Virus record (IMG/VR): IMGVR_UViG_3300035520_000906
Direction: 5' to 3' (one strand)
Length of the DNA: 64,000 bases
Source: an uncultured virus (IMG/VR IMGVR_UViG_3300035520_000906)
Lineage: Duplodnaviria > Heunggongvirae > Uroviricota > Caudoviricetes
Shown here: positions 28,552 to 39,421 of the stretch, piece after piece
How the letters are laid out: each line of letters begins with the position of its first letter
How positions within the stretch are numbered: the first letter of the stretch is position 1
The notes under the pieces: model-generated
Databases searched by the model: none
What the model was told of the DNA's origin: nothing
The model's input: only the letters and a program-made list of their open reading frames with translations
Program-made: the position numbers and the translations under genes

Positions 28552-29307
28552 TTATTCCTTTGCTCTTATGTCATTTCTAAATTGATGCATTCTTCTTAGT
28601 AAATATTTACTAACCTTTCCATAAATTATGAATGAGTTTATTAGCTCTTCATCAGTGTCTATATTGTGTTCCTCTATAAAATCTTTGTTAATTTGACATG
28701 TTTGCTCATTTATTTGTACTGATTTTAAGTCTGTGTATAGTGCTTCGATTAAACTTGTATGTGATACTTGTATAACTTCATCTTGATTTGTTCTTGACAG
28801 TAGCATGTTGATTGTTACTTTTATATAGTTGCTTGTTATAGTTACTTTGTATACTCCTTCTTTAGTTACTGCTCTTTCTATATTTACCATTGCCGTATCT
28901 ACATCGTTTATAACAACCATGAAATTTGTTATTGTTTTCTCATAAATTCTCATTAGTTCATCATCTAATATTCTATCTTCTAGTATCAATTTTCTTATGT
29001 ATTCTTCTCTGGAGTACATAAGCATTGCTACTATATTTGCTGTTATTTTGTTCTCTTTTAAATCATAACTTTGATGATATCCACCTAATGTAATATCAGA
29101 TGGGTCATTATGCAGTGAACCATAATTATATTTAGTTACTACTCCACCATATGTAATCTCTATATTATTGTCTGTTGTCTCAAACTTTACTTCCATTATA
29201 ATATTTAATGCTGAACTTTTAATATCTGTACTTAACATTACTGTGTACTCATTTTCTGTACACAGTAGTATTCTTTCAATATGGATAATTGGTTTGATTT
29301 TTTCCAT
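28552..29307 (-). CDS. YSKEE-motif array protein (double unit)
   Basis: TANIVAMLMYSREEYIRKLI. Confidence 0.8.
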   Translation of the reverse strand: MEKIKPIIHIERILLCTENEYTVMLSTDIKSSALNIIMEVKFETTDNNIEITYGGVVTKYNYGSLHNDPSDITLGGYHQSYDLKENKITANIVAMLMYSREEYIRKLILEDRILDDELMRIYEKTITNFMVVINDVDTAMVNIERAVTKEGVYKVTITSNYIKVTINMLLSRTNQDEVIQVSHTSLIEALYTDLKSVQINEQTCQINKDFIEEHNIDTDEELINSFIIYGKVSKYLLRRMHQFRNDIRAKE

Positions 29308-30179
29308 GTTTCCTCCAATAAGTCTTGCTCTTTCTGTATTTTAATTTTCAGGTCATCACTTATTTCTGATGGTCTATTATGTTTTCCCAGATATTTTGTG
29401 AATATTTCCTCATGAGCATCTATTACTTTTTCTGCTTGTTCAATAACATTTTTAAAAAGATATCCTTGTTTAATTAATTGCTCTATTACATAAATTCTTT
29501 TATCGCGTGGATTATTCACTGTTATTTCATCTGGAATTGTCACGTATTCTGTACATTGATCCCAGTAATCTTTTTTACTTGCTATGCTATAACCAACTCT
29601 TCCTAGAGTAAAATCATCAAAAGGTGCACAAATGTTTTGTCTTACCCATGCTCCCTCTCTATAATTTACAACTTTACCACGCTTTCCTATAAGTCTTATA
29701 TCATTATATAACTCTCTTATTATTGCTCCTTTATAACTTCCCTGTATGCTTACACCAAATTCTGTATAGTCTTTATTTTTTATGTATATGTAGTCTATAT
29801 ACACACTTGTTTTACTTATCTTAAACATCTTTCTGTAAAGTTGTTTTCTTACATGTCTCTCAGCTTTTCTTAAGTATACACTATTTAGTAGCTTGTTTTG
29901 TATTATTTCTTCTTTGCTATAAACAAGTAAATCCATATCAGTTATATCTTCTATACAAGGTGTAATTGAAATCTTAGATGCTTGATCTCTAGACTTTCCA
30001 GCTAAGAATGTTTTATATGTATACAATAGTCTATTGTTTGTTACATCAAGTTTCACTTTTATTTTACTATGTATATTTATATTTTTAACTGCTGCATTAT
30101 TATATATTGTACTATACATGTAAACTGTGTATTCATTTCCATTATCATTTGATATTCTTATTTTTCTTTCCAGTGACAT
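29238..30179 (-). CDS. YSKEE-motif array protein (double unit)
   Basis: DITDMDLLVYSKEEIIQNKL. Confidence 0.8.
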   Translation of the reverse strand: MSLERKIRISNDNGNEYTVYMYSTIYNNAAVKNINIHSKIKVKLDVTNNRLLYTYKTFLAGKSRDQASKISITPCIEDITDMDLLVYSKEEIIQNKLLNSVYLRKAERHVRKQLYRKMFKISKTSVYIDYIYIKNKDYTEFGVSIQGSYKGAIIRELYNDIRLIGKRGKVVNYREGAWVRQNICAPFDDFTLGRVGYSIASKKDYWDQCTEYVTIPDEITVNNPRDKRIYVIEQLIKQGYLFKNVIEQAEKVIDAHEEIFTKYLGKHNRPSEISDDLKIKIQKEQDLLEETWKKSNQLSILKEYYCVQKMSTQ

Positions 30180-30936
30180 TGTGTCTCCTTAGTTTATCTG
30201 GCCAGTTATCTACTGCTTTCTCCATTTCAATTACTGACTCATTATATAAATATCCTCGTTTTAATAACTTTTCTATTGTCAATGACATTTTATGTAACTT
30301 GTCTCTTTCAATGAGTTCATCAGGTACTTCCACTTCTGTAAGTGTGCACCCATCACCGAAATCAGTATATTTACCTTGTTTGTCAAGCACTGTCACTTCA
30401 TTTAGGTATTTTAATTTTCTGAATTTATTATCTGTGAATATTATTGGAACTATCTTACTTTGAATTGCGTATCCCTTGTATAAACCTATGAGGTATGCCA
30501 TGTATTGCTTTGCTGGTTTATTCTTATAAATTCTGAACTCTTTTATGTTTGCTATAAAGAATGTTGTGTTATGTATCTTGAAACTTCTATTTTGTTTGTA
30601 TCTTTTATATACCTTTCTTACATTTTTAGATATTGTTTTATCATTAAGTAATATGTGCTCAATTATTTCTTGCTTTGTGTACATTAACAATTCTAAATTG
30701 TTAACTTTAACTTCTCTAGGTTGTTCCAAAATAAATGACTTTTCCCATACTGTTCCCATATGTGTTTTAGACTTATATACTAATGATGTATCTCCATTTT
30801 TATCAGTAACAAATTTTACTCTTGATATTGTTACCACTTGTCCCTTGTAGTTGTTAGAAACTAGCATGTCTATTATCTTTGCTATGTAAAATTCATCATG
30901 ACAATATATGTCTATTGTTCTTCTATAATCTTCCAA
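30145..30936 (-). CDS. YSKEE-motif array protein (double unit)
   Basis: KVNNLELLMYTKQEIIEHILLND. Confidence 0.8.
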   Translation of the reverse strand: MEDYRRTIDIYCHDEFYIAKIIDMLVSNNYKGQVVTISRVKFVTDKNGDTSLVYKSKTHMGTVWEKSFILEQPREVKVNNLELLMYTKQEIIEHILLNDKTISKNVRKVYKRYKQNRSFKIHNTTFFIANIKEFRIYKNKPAKQYMAYLIGLYKGYAIQSKIVPIIFTDNKFRKLKYLNEVTVLDKQGKYTDFGDGCTLTEVEVPDELIERDKLHKMSLTIEKLLKRGYLYNESVIEMEKAVDNWPDKLRRHNVTGKKNKNIK

Positions 30937-30938
30937 CT

Positions 30939-31694
30939 TTATGTCCTCTTAATGTTTTCTGATGTTTTCCACTCTTCAGCTTTCTTGTCCATCTCTGCTT
31001 CCATCTGTGTTATAGCTTCTTTAAAAAGTAATTGCTGTTTTAATGCCTGTTCAACTACCTTATATCTGTTTTTCTCTTTTGGGTCTATCTTGACTTTTAC
31101 TGTTTTGTACTTACCATCTCCAAACTCATAGAAGCCTCCTTTTCTACCTACTACTATCACACCATCTATATATGTTATGCTAGCTAAACCATTGGAAAAC
31201 CTTATTCTTGTATGAGTGTTTTGAACTGTATTTCCTCTGTATTTACCAATTATATACACTGCTGTTACTGTTCCATTATAATCATTATTCATATAATCTT
31301 TAAATATATTATCAATCCAGAAGGTTGTATTACTTATTTTGAAACTATGTGTCTTTTTATATTTAATGTATACTTTGTAAATATCAGCTGTTATATCTTC
31401 ATCGTTTAACAGTATATCTGTTATTATTTCGTCTTTTGTATACATTAAAAGTGATAAATCATTTATAGGTACTGTTTTATATCTACTTGCTACATATACT
31501 GGTTTCCATTTTACTGCTGACCTTACTTTATATTTATAAACTAATGTTGTTTTATTGTTATCATCTATGTTAAAATGTAAATGTACAAATGTTGATACCG
31601 CTATATTATGCCCAACATGATCCCACATATCAGCTTCATAATAATTTTCTTTTTTAGCCCTTTGAATGTTAATGCTACGCTTACTATTTACCAT
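30939..31694 (-). CDS. YSKEE-motif array protein (double unit)
   Basis: PINDLSLLMYTKDEIITDILLND. Confidence 0.8.
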   Translation of the reverse strand: MVNSKRSINIQRAKKENYYEADMWDHVGHNIAVSTFVHLHFNIDDNNKTTLVYKYKVRSAVKWKPVYVASRYKTVPINDLSLLMYTKDEIITDILLNDEDITADIYKVYIKYKKTHSFKISNTTFWIDNIFKDYMNNDYNGTVTAVYIIGKYRGNTVQNTHTRIRFSNGLASITYIDGVIVVGRKGGFYEFGDGKYKTVKVKIDPKEKNRYKVVEQALKQQLLFKEAITQMEAEMDKKAEEWKTSENIKRT

Positions 31695-31720
31695 AGTTTA
31701 TCTCCCACCAAATACTATCT

Positions 31721-32467
31721 TTAATTATTATCTATCATGTTTTCTAATTCCAGCATATCTGAATCATTCACTATATACCCTTGTCTAACTAATTTCTCCA
31801 TTGCGTCCATTAGTTCTTTTGGCAAAGACTTTGCATTAACTCTTATACTACTTGGAAGTGCTATTATCTTTTTACGAGCATATCCTTTTATACAACCATT
31901 GTAGCTTCTAAATTTCGTATTGCAATCCACTAATCTTACTATTTGTATTTCGTCATCAAGTAAATATATTGTGCTTTCTATGGAAATATCATCGCTTTTG
32001 TATCTTCCCATTATTCGTGCATATACTGTTGTATCTGCTACTCTTCCCATACTAGCTGTTGTTGCTACTCTAACAGTTGACTTACTTATCTGAAATTCAT
32101 TTGTTTCTATAAACTCTTTATATGCATTTGATATTTCTCTCTGTATTTCCTTATTGGAATTAACTGCCTTTTTTATAATATCCTCTCGTGTATATAATAT
32201 AGATTCAATGTTATCTGCATAAATATATCTGTAATTTGTATCTACCTTATGTATAGGCTTAGTTGCACCATCTATATCTATTCGTAGCGTATACTTAATC
32301 ACAATGTTATCTTCATTAACTAAGTAATTTGTTATGAGTGTAGTAGTTACTATATCAGGATGTAATCTTTCACTATAATATTCGTCTTCTATGGTTACTA
32401 CATAAGTATCATCATTATTATCTTTCATAGGTGAAATGCATATTTCCCTATTATACTCTGTTTCCAT
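31721..32467 (-). CDS. YSKEE-motif array protein (double unit)
   Basis: YADNIESILYTREDIIKKAV. Confidence 0.8.
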   Translation of the reverse strand: METEYNREICISPMKDNNDDTYVVTIEDEYYSERLHPDIVTTTLITNYLVNEDNIVIKYTLRIDIDGATKPIHKVDTNYRYIYADNIESILYTREDIIKKAVNSNKEIQREISNAYKEFIETNEFQISKSTVRVATTASMGRVADTTVYARIMGRYKSDDISIESTIYLLDDEIQIVRLVDCNTKFRSYNGCIKGYARKKIIALPSSIRVNAKSLPKELMDAMEKLVRQGYIVNDSDMLELENMIDNN

Positions 32468-32470
32468 CCT

Positions 32471-33328
32471 TTACACTCCTTGTTGAAGTCTACTTTCATA
32501 TGTTTCTATCTTCTTCTTTATCTGTAATGCAACCTGGTCTAATAAACAGCTCTGTCTAAGCATCTGTTCTATTGCTTCTTTAGATCTAACACTTGGATAT
32601 TTTTCCAATATATTAAGTGGAACCTCAGCCTTGATAGTGTTATCTCCATATTCTTTATCATCATCTTTCTTATGCTTTATTCTAAAATCATAGCAGTAAT
32701 GTACTGTTCTTGAATGCTTACCAGTAAACCATATCTGACCACCTACTGATGCATAATATCCCTTATATTTACAGTTTATGTATAAATTTCCATGCAAAGT
32801 TGGTGTACTAAAGTTTAAGTTAGTATCTAGACTTTTATATACTATATTAGTCATCTGTTCTATCCAAAAAGCCACACTTTCTACCTTAAATGTATGTGTT
32901 CTCTTATATCTTTGATATATTCTTATTACTTCATTCTTCAAGTATTCATCATTTTCTATTGCTTTACCAATTAGTTCTTGTGCCTCATATAACATAAATG
33001 CAATACTATCTAAAGTAATTGAATGTATTTTATTTTCAATTTTATAAGTACTTTTATGCAGAGTACTATAATACATACCGTTAGTTACTTCTATATTGTA
33101 TTTATATTCTATGACTGTTTCATTGTTTTTATCCAGTTGCAATCTAGCTTTTATTCTAGTGAGTATTTCTATATCTTCAAGTGTAAATGGGTCTATGCTA
33201 AATGTGTCTATCACATAAACTTGATATGCATCTGTTCCATCTTTTTCCTTGTATGGATTTACTGAGTAAATTTCCCTTATATGTTTCATTGTATACCTCT
33301 TATCTATTCTGTGTAGATTCGTAATCAT
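32471..33328 (-). CDS. YSKEE-motif array protein (double unit)
   Basis: TLDSIAFMLYEAQELIGKAIEND; true start may be internal MKHIRE. Confidence 0.75.
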   Translation of the reverse strand: MITNLHRIDKRYTMKHIREIYSVNPYKEKDGTDAYQVYVIDTFSIDPFTLEDIEILTRIKARLQLDKNNETVIEYKYNIEVTNGMYYSTLHKSTYKIENKIHSITLDSIAFMLYEAQELIGKAIENDEYLKNEVIRIYQRYKRTHTFKVESVAFWIEQMTNIVYKSLDTNLNFSTPTLHGNLYINCKYKGYYASVGGQIWFTGKHSRTVHYCYDFRIKHKKDDDKEYGDNTIKAEVPLNILEKYPSVRSKEAIEQMLRQSCLLDQVALQIKKKIETYESRLQQGV

Positions 33329-33728
33329 GATATACTTTCAGCACCATTTTATCCATGTGCTTTACCATTTTAGGATGATAAATTGCTCTTTCAATTAGTT
33401 CCGTTTTATTATAAAGCATTATTTCTGTATCTGACAAAGTTATTGTATATCTATGTAATAAATTTGTAAATGAGATTAATTCTTTAATAGTAAGTGTTTC
33501 ATGATAATGACTCCCCAGAACATTAAATATGAACCCTACTGGCTTACATGTTACTTTGTTTCTTTTACCAAGCTTTAAATTTACTGAAAAATGAATCATT
33601 GATGACGAATCTTTATATTCTGCATCAACTGCTATGATTATGTTCTCATTTTTTGTGTTTCCCATACTCATTAAGTCCATTATTGTATAATCTATGTTAT
33701 TTGATGAAATAAAATGCTTGTAATCCAT
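33300..33728 (-). CDS. YSKEE-motif array protein (single unit)
   Basis: TLSDTEIMLYNKTELIERAI. Confidence 0.8.
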   Translation of the reverse strand: MDYKHFISSNNIDYTIMDLMSMGNTKNENIIIAVDAEYKDSSSMIHFSVNLKLGKRNKVTCKPVGFIFNVLGSHYHETLTIKELISFTNLLHRYTITLSDTEIMLYNKTELIERAIYHPKMVKHMDKMVLKVYHDYESTQNR

Positions 33729-33789
33729 GATTTACCTCAATTCTACTCTTTTCCTACCAATTATATATTTTTGTCTATTTTATAGAACA

Positions 33790-33826
33790 AAACAGTAGAT
33801 ATGCTGTTTAATCATATCTACTGTTT
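33790..33826 (-). terminator. Intrinsic terminator inside the array
   Basis: 14-bp stem AAACAGTAGATATG/CATATCTACTGTTT. Confidence 0.7.
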
Positions 33827-33836
33827 ATCTTACTGT

Positions 33837-34202
33837 TTAATGAATATTTGCATAATTTCTTATTTCTTCAACTATGATACCTTTTATATCTTTCATGTAG
33901 TTATCTTCTAAAAACTTTGTTATTATTTCTTCTTTTGAATAAACCATAAACCACTCGTTAGGTATCTCTGTTTTTATTGTTATAATTTCCTTAAGTTTAT
34001 TCATCGAGGATGCAAATACTTTCCTTCCAGACATACCTATTGTTGCATGTGTATTTTCGTATATTAAATATGTTCTGTAATCATCTTCTCTTGTTTCAAA
34101 TCTAAGCCATATTGATAATGCTGCTATGTACTCCCAATCATTGAATCCACAGCTTCCTCTCTGATTGATTCTTGCACAATATAAGTTTTTCATTCTGTAC
34201 AC
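33837..34202 (-). CDS. YSKEE-motif array protein (single unit)
   Basis: EIPNEWFMVYSKEEIITKFL. Confidence 0.75.
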   Translation of the reverse strand: MYRMKNLYCARINQRGSCGFNDWEYIAALSIWLRFETREDDYRTYLIYENTHATIGMSGRKVFASSMNKLKEIITIKTEIPNEWFMVYSKEEIITKFLEDNYMKDIKGIIVEEIRNYANIH

Positions 34203-34266
34203 TATGTTTTATTTCTATGCCAGTTAATACCATTTATATTATTCACCAACTTTCAGCATTGTTATA

Positions 34267-34725
34267 TTAAAATATTCTTTTGTAGTACTTTAATTCCTTA
34301 TTGGTTATTTTATTTATCTTATAGATTTCTTGCCAAAATACATCGTCTACTATGTGATATTTTAAGATTGCTCGTTTACTTATATCTGCCTTTGTATACA
34401 TCATAAACTCTACATCACTTATCTCTAATGTATTTATTTTACGATATAGTTTTGTTTTTCCAACTAAGCTATTGTATACTTTGTAATGATAATATAACAC
34501 ATTACTATCTTCTCTTGTTGGAAATGTTATTGATATAAACACTGAAATATGTGAACCCTGAATCCATTTATCTGCTAATACAAAATATGTATTGCCTCTG
34601 TTTGCTACTTCATCTACTCTTATACCAATATCTGATGGGTTTTTACTTGATTGCTTTGCACTATTTATTCTTTGCAAGATTTTCTTTCTGTGTCGCTGTT
34701 TAATCTCATTGATTATATTAAACAT
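34267..34725 (-). CDS. YSKEE-motif array protein (single unit, YHIVD subtype)
   Basis: EISDVEFMMYTKADISKRAILKYHIVDDVF. Confidence 0.8.
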   Translation of the reverse strand: MFNIINEIKQRHRKKILQRINSAKQSSKNPSDIGIRVDEVANRGNTYFVLADKWIQGSHISVFISITFPTREDSNVLYYHYKVYNSLVGKTKLYRKINTLEISDVEFMMYTKADISKRAILKYHIVDDVFWQEIYKINKITNKELKYYKRIF

Positions 34726-34743
34726 TTTCTTTTCTACTGCTCA

Positions 34744-35484
34744 TTATACAAATTCTAGTTGTCCTAGTTCACTGGTTACCTCAATCATTTCTTGCTTTAT
34801 TAAATTATCTAGTATGTGATAATCTTGAAGTAATCGTCCACATAACTGTGAATTACTTTTATTAAACTCTATCTTAGGTATTTCTATTTCAAATATATCG
34901 TCTGGCTTCTTTGTTTTAGCTGTAAAATAATTAAACAATTCATACTTATATTTAACAACTTTGCTACCATCACTTGGAAACTCAAATATTATATTCAATC
35001 TTATACGTGTATTCATGTACTTCTTGACAAGGTTAACTAAATACATATGACTTGTCAGTACACTTATCTGCGAATCTATTCCAGCTTGTAAGCAGTTTCT
35101 AATATTCATAGGTTCATCACATTCTTTTAATACTGTTTCTATCCTACTTGCAGCTTGTTTAACTAACTTTTCTAATGTTATTTTCTGTGTTACTAAGTAT
35201 TTGAAATATTCTGTATGTGAATATACCATTTTTGCTAAACCACTGTCATCATCTTCTAGTGTATCTATACTTATTATCTCTGGTAATGATTCAAAAGTTT
35301 GAAGCATATTTCCTACCATTAAATTAAAACTATAAGTGTACTCAATCGTATTGTCAGCTGTGTTATATAAAATACCTATGAGTGTATTGATTGGTTTTGA
35401 CTCATATGTGATACAATATAATGTTTTTATAAAGTCTGAACCACAAAAATATAGGTCTACCTGTCTATATTCCACTGAATCCAT
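34744..35484 (-). CDS. YSKEE-motif array protein (double unit, YHIVD subtype)
   Basis: GLAKMVYSHTEYFKYLV ... LLQDYHILDNLI. Confidence 0.8.
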   Translation of the reverse strand: MDSVEYRQVDLYFCGSDFIKTLYCITYESKPINTLIGILYNTADNTIEYTYSFNLMVGNMLQTFESLPEIISIDTLEDDDSGLAKMVYSHTEYFKYLVTQKITLEKLVKQAASRIETVLKECDEPMNIRNCLQAGIDSQISVLTSHMYLVNLVKKYMNTRIRLNIIFEFPSDGSKVVKYKYELFNYFTAKTKKPDDIFEIEIPKIEFNKSNSQLCGRLLQDYHILDNLIKQEMIEVTSELGQLEFV

Positions 35485-36310
35485 TATTTTCTCCTAATTG
35501 ACTAAATACCTCGTCTATCTGATCCATTTTATTTACAAATGACTTGTATACATCTTCTAATTGCTCTATTACCTTTTCAAATGGTTTGTCTACTATATGA
35601 TACATATAAACCAATTTTGTGCATATTGTTTCTTTTGACTGTGTTAGAAGTTCAAAAACTCCTATGTCTATTTCATTTATATCTGATTTTTCTGCTTTAT
35701 CTAATATGAATGGAATACGAATATCATAGTAGTATTTTATAAGTCCACTGTTTTTATTAGCTGGAAATATGATATGTAAGTTCAGACTTGCTGTTAACCC
35801 ATACATTCTATAACGTATTGACACGCTATATTCGTTATGTTTCTCTTCTATACTTAGTCCATACTCTAAATTTAATGGGTTACTATTTAAGTATTTGCTT
35901 ATACTAAAATCCCTATTTCCTCTGGTTCTGTCCATTATGTCTGATAATAAACTTATGACTTTGTTTTCTAATTCTTTAATGTTTATTTTATTTTTTATTA
36001 AGTAGTCTAAGTATTCTTCCGATGAATACATCATTTTTACTAAGTCACTTTGTTCATCTTCTATTGTTGAAATATCAATACTCTCTGGTATAGAATCAAA
36101 AACTGTTAAGCTATCAACACAATAACTATAAGGAACAAAAAATGAGTATCTGTAATCTATTCTGTTAAACTCTTTGTTATAATAGAATATCAGTTTAAAA
36201 TTAACGTATAGTTTTGTATATCCTTTGAATGATACTCTATAACTTAAAGTTGTTGTTTCACCATTCTCTGTTGCATACATATCTAATTGTTCAACTTCAC
36301 TATGTTCCAT
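35465..36310 (-). CDS. YSKEE-motif array protein (double unit, YHIVD subtype)
   Basis: DLVKMMYSSEEYLDYLI ... NPLNL ... YHIVDKPF. Confidence 0.8.
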   Translation of the reverse strand: MEHSEVEQLDMYATENGETTTLSYRVSFKGYTKLYVNFKLIFYYNKEFNRIDYRYSFFVPYSYCVDSLTVFDSIPESIDISTIEDEQSDLVKMMYSSEEYLDYLIKNKINIKELENKVISLLSDIMDRTRGNRDFSISKYLNSNPLNLEYGLSIEEKHNEYSVSIRYRMYGLTASLNLHIIFPANKNSGLIKYYYDIRIPFILDKAEKSDINEIDIGVFELLTQSKETICTKLVYMYHIVDKPFEKVIEQLEDVYKSFVNKMDQIDEVFSQLGENNGFSGI

Positions 36311-36319
36311 GCTATTTTA

Positions 36320-37081
36320 TTATTCCTTTGCCATTTCTGTTTTAAATGTCTTATCTACTATATGATATATGTTTATCAGTCTCATACATAATGTTTTTCT
36401 ATTAAACTGCATTTCAAGTTCACTTAATTTTATTTCTCTGAACTTGTAACACTTTGTTCTTTCTCTTGTTCGTGTATTATATATTTCGTACTTGTATTTT
36501 ATACTTTCACTTCTGTTGTCTGGAAATACAATAGTGAGTTGCATTTGTATTGGATGATATCCATTCATTACATATACTGGCACACTATATACATTTTCAT
36601 GTGATGTAATGTCATAAGCACTGTTCATTTGTATATTTAATGGATTTATTCCTAGATATTTCTTGTAACTGAAGTTTTTATCCTCACGCGACTTATCTAA
36701 TATATCTGATATTAAATTTACTACTTTGTTAACTTCACTATCTAAATTTAACTTAGTATTTACCAAGTGTTCCAAATATTCATCACTTGAGTAAACTAAC
36801 ATCTTTAGTAAGTCTTCTTCTGTTTCTGTTGTGGATAAGTCAATTATCTTTGTAGGGGATATGTATGTCATATCTGTGCTGTTAAATAATCTTATTATAT
36901 GTATATTGTAATTATATTCAAGTGTGTTATTACCTGTATTATGATGTGTCTCTATTGTGAAGAATGCTGAGTGTTCATAATCATAATGATTCTCATCCCA
37001 AAATACAACCATGTATTTTAACTTAAGTACACCAGGTGTCCGCCTATTTTTAGTTATTTGTTTAATACTTTTGATTTGCAC
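36320..37081 (-). CDS. YSKEE-motif array protein (double unit, YHIVD subtype)
   Basis: LLKMLVYSSDEYLEHLV ... GINPLNI ... YHIVDKTF. Confidence 0.8.
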   Translation of the reverse strand: MQIKSIKQITKNRRTPGVLKLKYMVVFWDENHYDYEHSAFFTIETHHNTGNNTLEYNYNIHIIRLFNSTDMTYISPTKIIDLSTTETEEDLLKMLVYSSDEYLEHLVNTKLNLDSEVNKVVNLISDILDKSREDKNFSYKKYLGINPLNIQMNSAYDITSHENVYSVPVYVMNGYHPIQMQLTIVFPDNRSESIKYKYEIYNTRTRERTKCYKFREIKLSELEMQFNRKTLCMRLINIYHIVDKTFKTEMAKE

Positions 37082-37094
37082 TTCTGTTCTACCC

Positions 37095-37862
37095 CTAGTT
37101 GTTGTCTAAATTATCTATCATGTTCATCTCTTCTTTAAACACTTGGTCTACAATGTGATATGATTTAATGAGTTTAAACATAATATCCATGTCATCCTCC
37201 CAACACTCTATTGGACTTAGCTTTATTGAGTGTTTATCATCAAAATGTCTATAAATATTGTTATTGTCTATATGACTATTATACACATTGTAGCTGTATT
37301 CTACTAATTCTCTATTGTTTGAAAAGCTTACTTCCAGTTTTACCCTTATAGCATTGTTCTTATACTCTTTATGTATCAATAATTTACATGTATTGTTTGT
37401 ATAAAAACCATCTATGTCAATTGTTAAATCTAATGGATTTAGTCCAAAATGTTTATCAAACTCATCTCTAGTTAAGCATTTGTTTTCTAACATTAAATTA
37501 GCTGTTTCTGTTATTATATCTATTGCATTACTCTTTATTCTTTCCAAGTTTATCTTATTTTTTACTAGGTACTCCATATATTCTTTCTGTGAATACATCA
37601 TTCTTACTAATGATTTTTCATCTTTAACTGATTTATCTAATCTTATAACCTGTGGTATTGAGTTATATTCTAAGTGTTCTTCACATTTTAAATAGTCTAT
37701 ATAGAATCCATAGCTATATTCTACTGTATTTTTATCTTCAACATATATTATCTTTACAGACAATACTGAGTACATGTATTTATATTTAATGTAATAGTTT
37801 AAAAATATTGCATTATCATAATTATCATCTGCATTTATTAATTGAACTATTTCAGCTTTCAA
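37095..37862 (-). CDS. YSKEE-motif array protein (double unit, YHIVD subtype)
   Basis: SLVRMMYSQKEYMEYLV ... GLNPLDL ... YHIVDQVF. Confidence 0.8.
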   Translation of the reverse strand: MKAEIVQLINADDNYDNAIFLNYYIKYKYMYSVLSVKIIYVEDKNTVEYSYGFYIDYLKCEEHLEYNSIPQVIRLDKSVKDEKSLVRMMYSQKEYMEYLVKNKINLERIKSNAIDIITETANLMLENKCLTRDEFDKHFGLNPLDLTIDIDGFYTNNTCKLLIHKEYKNNAIRVKLEVSFSNNRELVEYSYNVYNSHIDNNNIYRHFDDKHSIKLSPIECWEDDMDIMFKLIKSYHIVDQVFKEEMNMIDNLDNN

Positions 37863-38698
37863 CTGTTTTCACCTATACTCTTTGTTTTATTTAAAAATTC
37901 GTTTGCTTTTGCTATCTCCTGTCTAAACACATCATCGACTATATGGTATACTTCCACAAGTCTATTACATATTCTTTCATAGCTGTGTCTTCGTAACTCA
38001 AATAAAGTAAATCTTACCTCATGTTGCTCATTAAAAATTCTGTATTGAAATTCTTTATCTATGAATTTGTTGTATATTTTGTATGTATAGTACACTTTTA
38101 GTCTGTCATCTACTGGAAATATAAATTTAATTTCCATTAGTATTGTTTTACCCTTATAGTACTTACTGACTTCTAATAAGTATGAATTTGTTTTCAGGTC
38201 TTCTACTATTTTTGATGCATTTTTTCTCAAACTTAAATTAAGAGGATTTTGTATATCACATTTAAGTTGACTTTCTGTATGATATATTTCTGCTTCCACT
38301 TGGTCCAATGCTACAGCCTTTAAGTAATTTAGGTTTATCTTATTTTTTACCAAATACTTAAAATATTCAGCCTTAGTATACATTAGTTTTGCTACATTGC
38401 ACTGTTCATCCTCTATTATGCTTAAACTGATTGTTTGTGGTATAGCAGTACCAACTGTTATTGAATCATTCATATCTCCATCTTCTGCTACCGAATACCA
38501 ATAGGAATGCTCTATTACATTATCCTCCAAGTTAAGTATAAATATTATGCCTATGTGTACTAACCAATCACCGTAGTACAATCTATATCCTAACTCCAAC
38601 TGATCTTCTGTGTAGTTGAATACTTCATTAGGTTTTAAATCACTTGGGTTTATTTCTGTTATAATCTCTTTTAAAGCTTCCATAGTTTCCTGTCCCAT
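37859..38698 (-). CDS. YSKEE-motif array protein (double unit, YHIVD subtype)
   Basis: NVAKLMYTKAEYFKYLV ... NPLNL ... YHIVDDVF. Confidence 0.8.
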   Translation of the reverse strand: MGQETMEALKEIITEINPSDLKPNEVFNYTEDQLELGYRLYYGDWLVHIGIIFILNLEDNVIEHSYWYSVAEDGDMNDSITVGTAIPQTISLSIIEDEQCNVAKLMYTKAEYFKYLVKNKINLNYLKAVALDQVEAEIYHTESQLKCDIQNPLNLSLRKNASKIVEDLKTNSYLLEVSKYYKGKTILMEIKFIFPVDDRLKVYYTYKIYNKFIDKEFQYRIFNEQHEVRFTLFELRRHSYERICNRLVEVYHIVDDVFRQEIAKANEFLNKTKSIGENS

Positions 38699-39312
38699 TT
38701 CTTTAATCTTTTCTGAAATCTTCTCTCTTCTGACCTATTGTTTAAATACTCTTTCAGCTGTTTTCTATTAAATCCAATCGTGTATAGCTGTTTTATTATC
38801 TTGTCTATTTGATACTTTCTATTGTTTTGTTGCATTAATTTTCTTGAGTACTCTTGAAGTGCTGAGTTAATTGCACCTTCATTATCATGTTTTGTTATTA
38901 AACTTGATAGCTTCTTTGCTGTTTTATCTGCTGTACTTATAATATCTTCTAAGTAACAGTCCACAATATAATCAAAATATTCATCAGCTGTCCTAGTCTG
39001 CTTTGCTACATCAGCTAAACCTCTCTTGTCTAACCAAATTCCATGTGTAATTGAGCTACCTTCAAACTCTAAACCACAACCATTTACTGTATAGTCACAC
39101 CTATAATCCATGATTCTTCTATCTTTTAAATATGTAATTACAACAGTAAAATTCTTAATTCTATGATCTCTTACTACATCATACTTTAATTCCTTACAAA
39201 AATTTAGTGAATCTATATATTTTTGCTTGTCAAGTAGCATAATATCTACGTTTTCTTTACCAGTATGTTTGTGTTCAACAATTCCTATAAGATTGATATT
39301 TTTAGTTTTCAT
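38671..39312 (-). CDS. Array protein with degenerate motif
   Basis: ADVAKQTRTADEYFDYIV. Confidence 0.65.
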   Translation of the reverse strand: MKTKNINLIGIVEHKHTGKENVDIMLLDKQKYIDSLNFCKELKYDVVRDHRIKNFTVVITYLKDRRIMDYRCDYTVNGCGLEFEGSSITHGIWLDKRGLADVAKQTRTADEYFDYIVDCYLEDIISTADKTAKKLSSLITKHDNEGAINSALQEYSRKLMQQNNRKYQIDKIIKQLYTIGFNRKQLKEYLNNRSEERRFQKRLKKWDRKLWKL

Positions 39313-39421
39313 GTTTTATCCTCTTTGTTAATAACTCTAAGTTGTCTGCTATAAGCACTCCCATCTCTCTCTTTTCCTATCTATATCCTTATATACTAAT
39401 ATGTTGTACTCAATTATATTG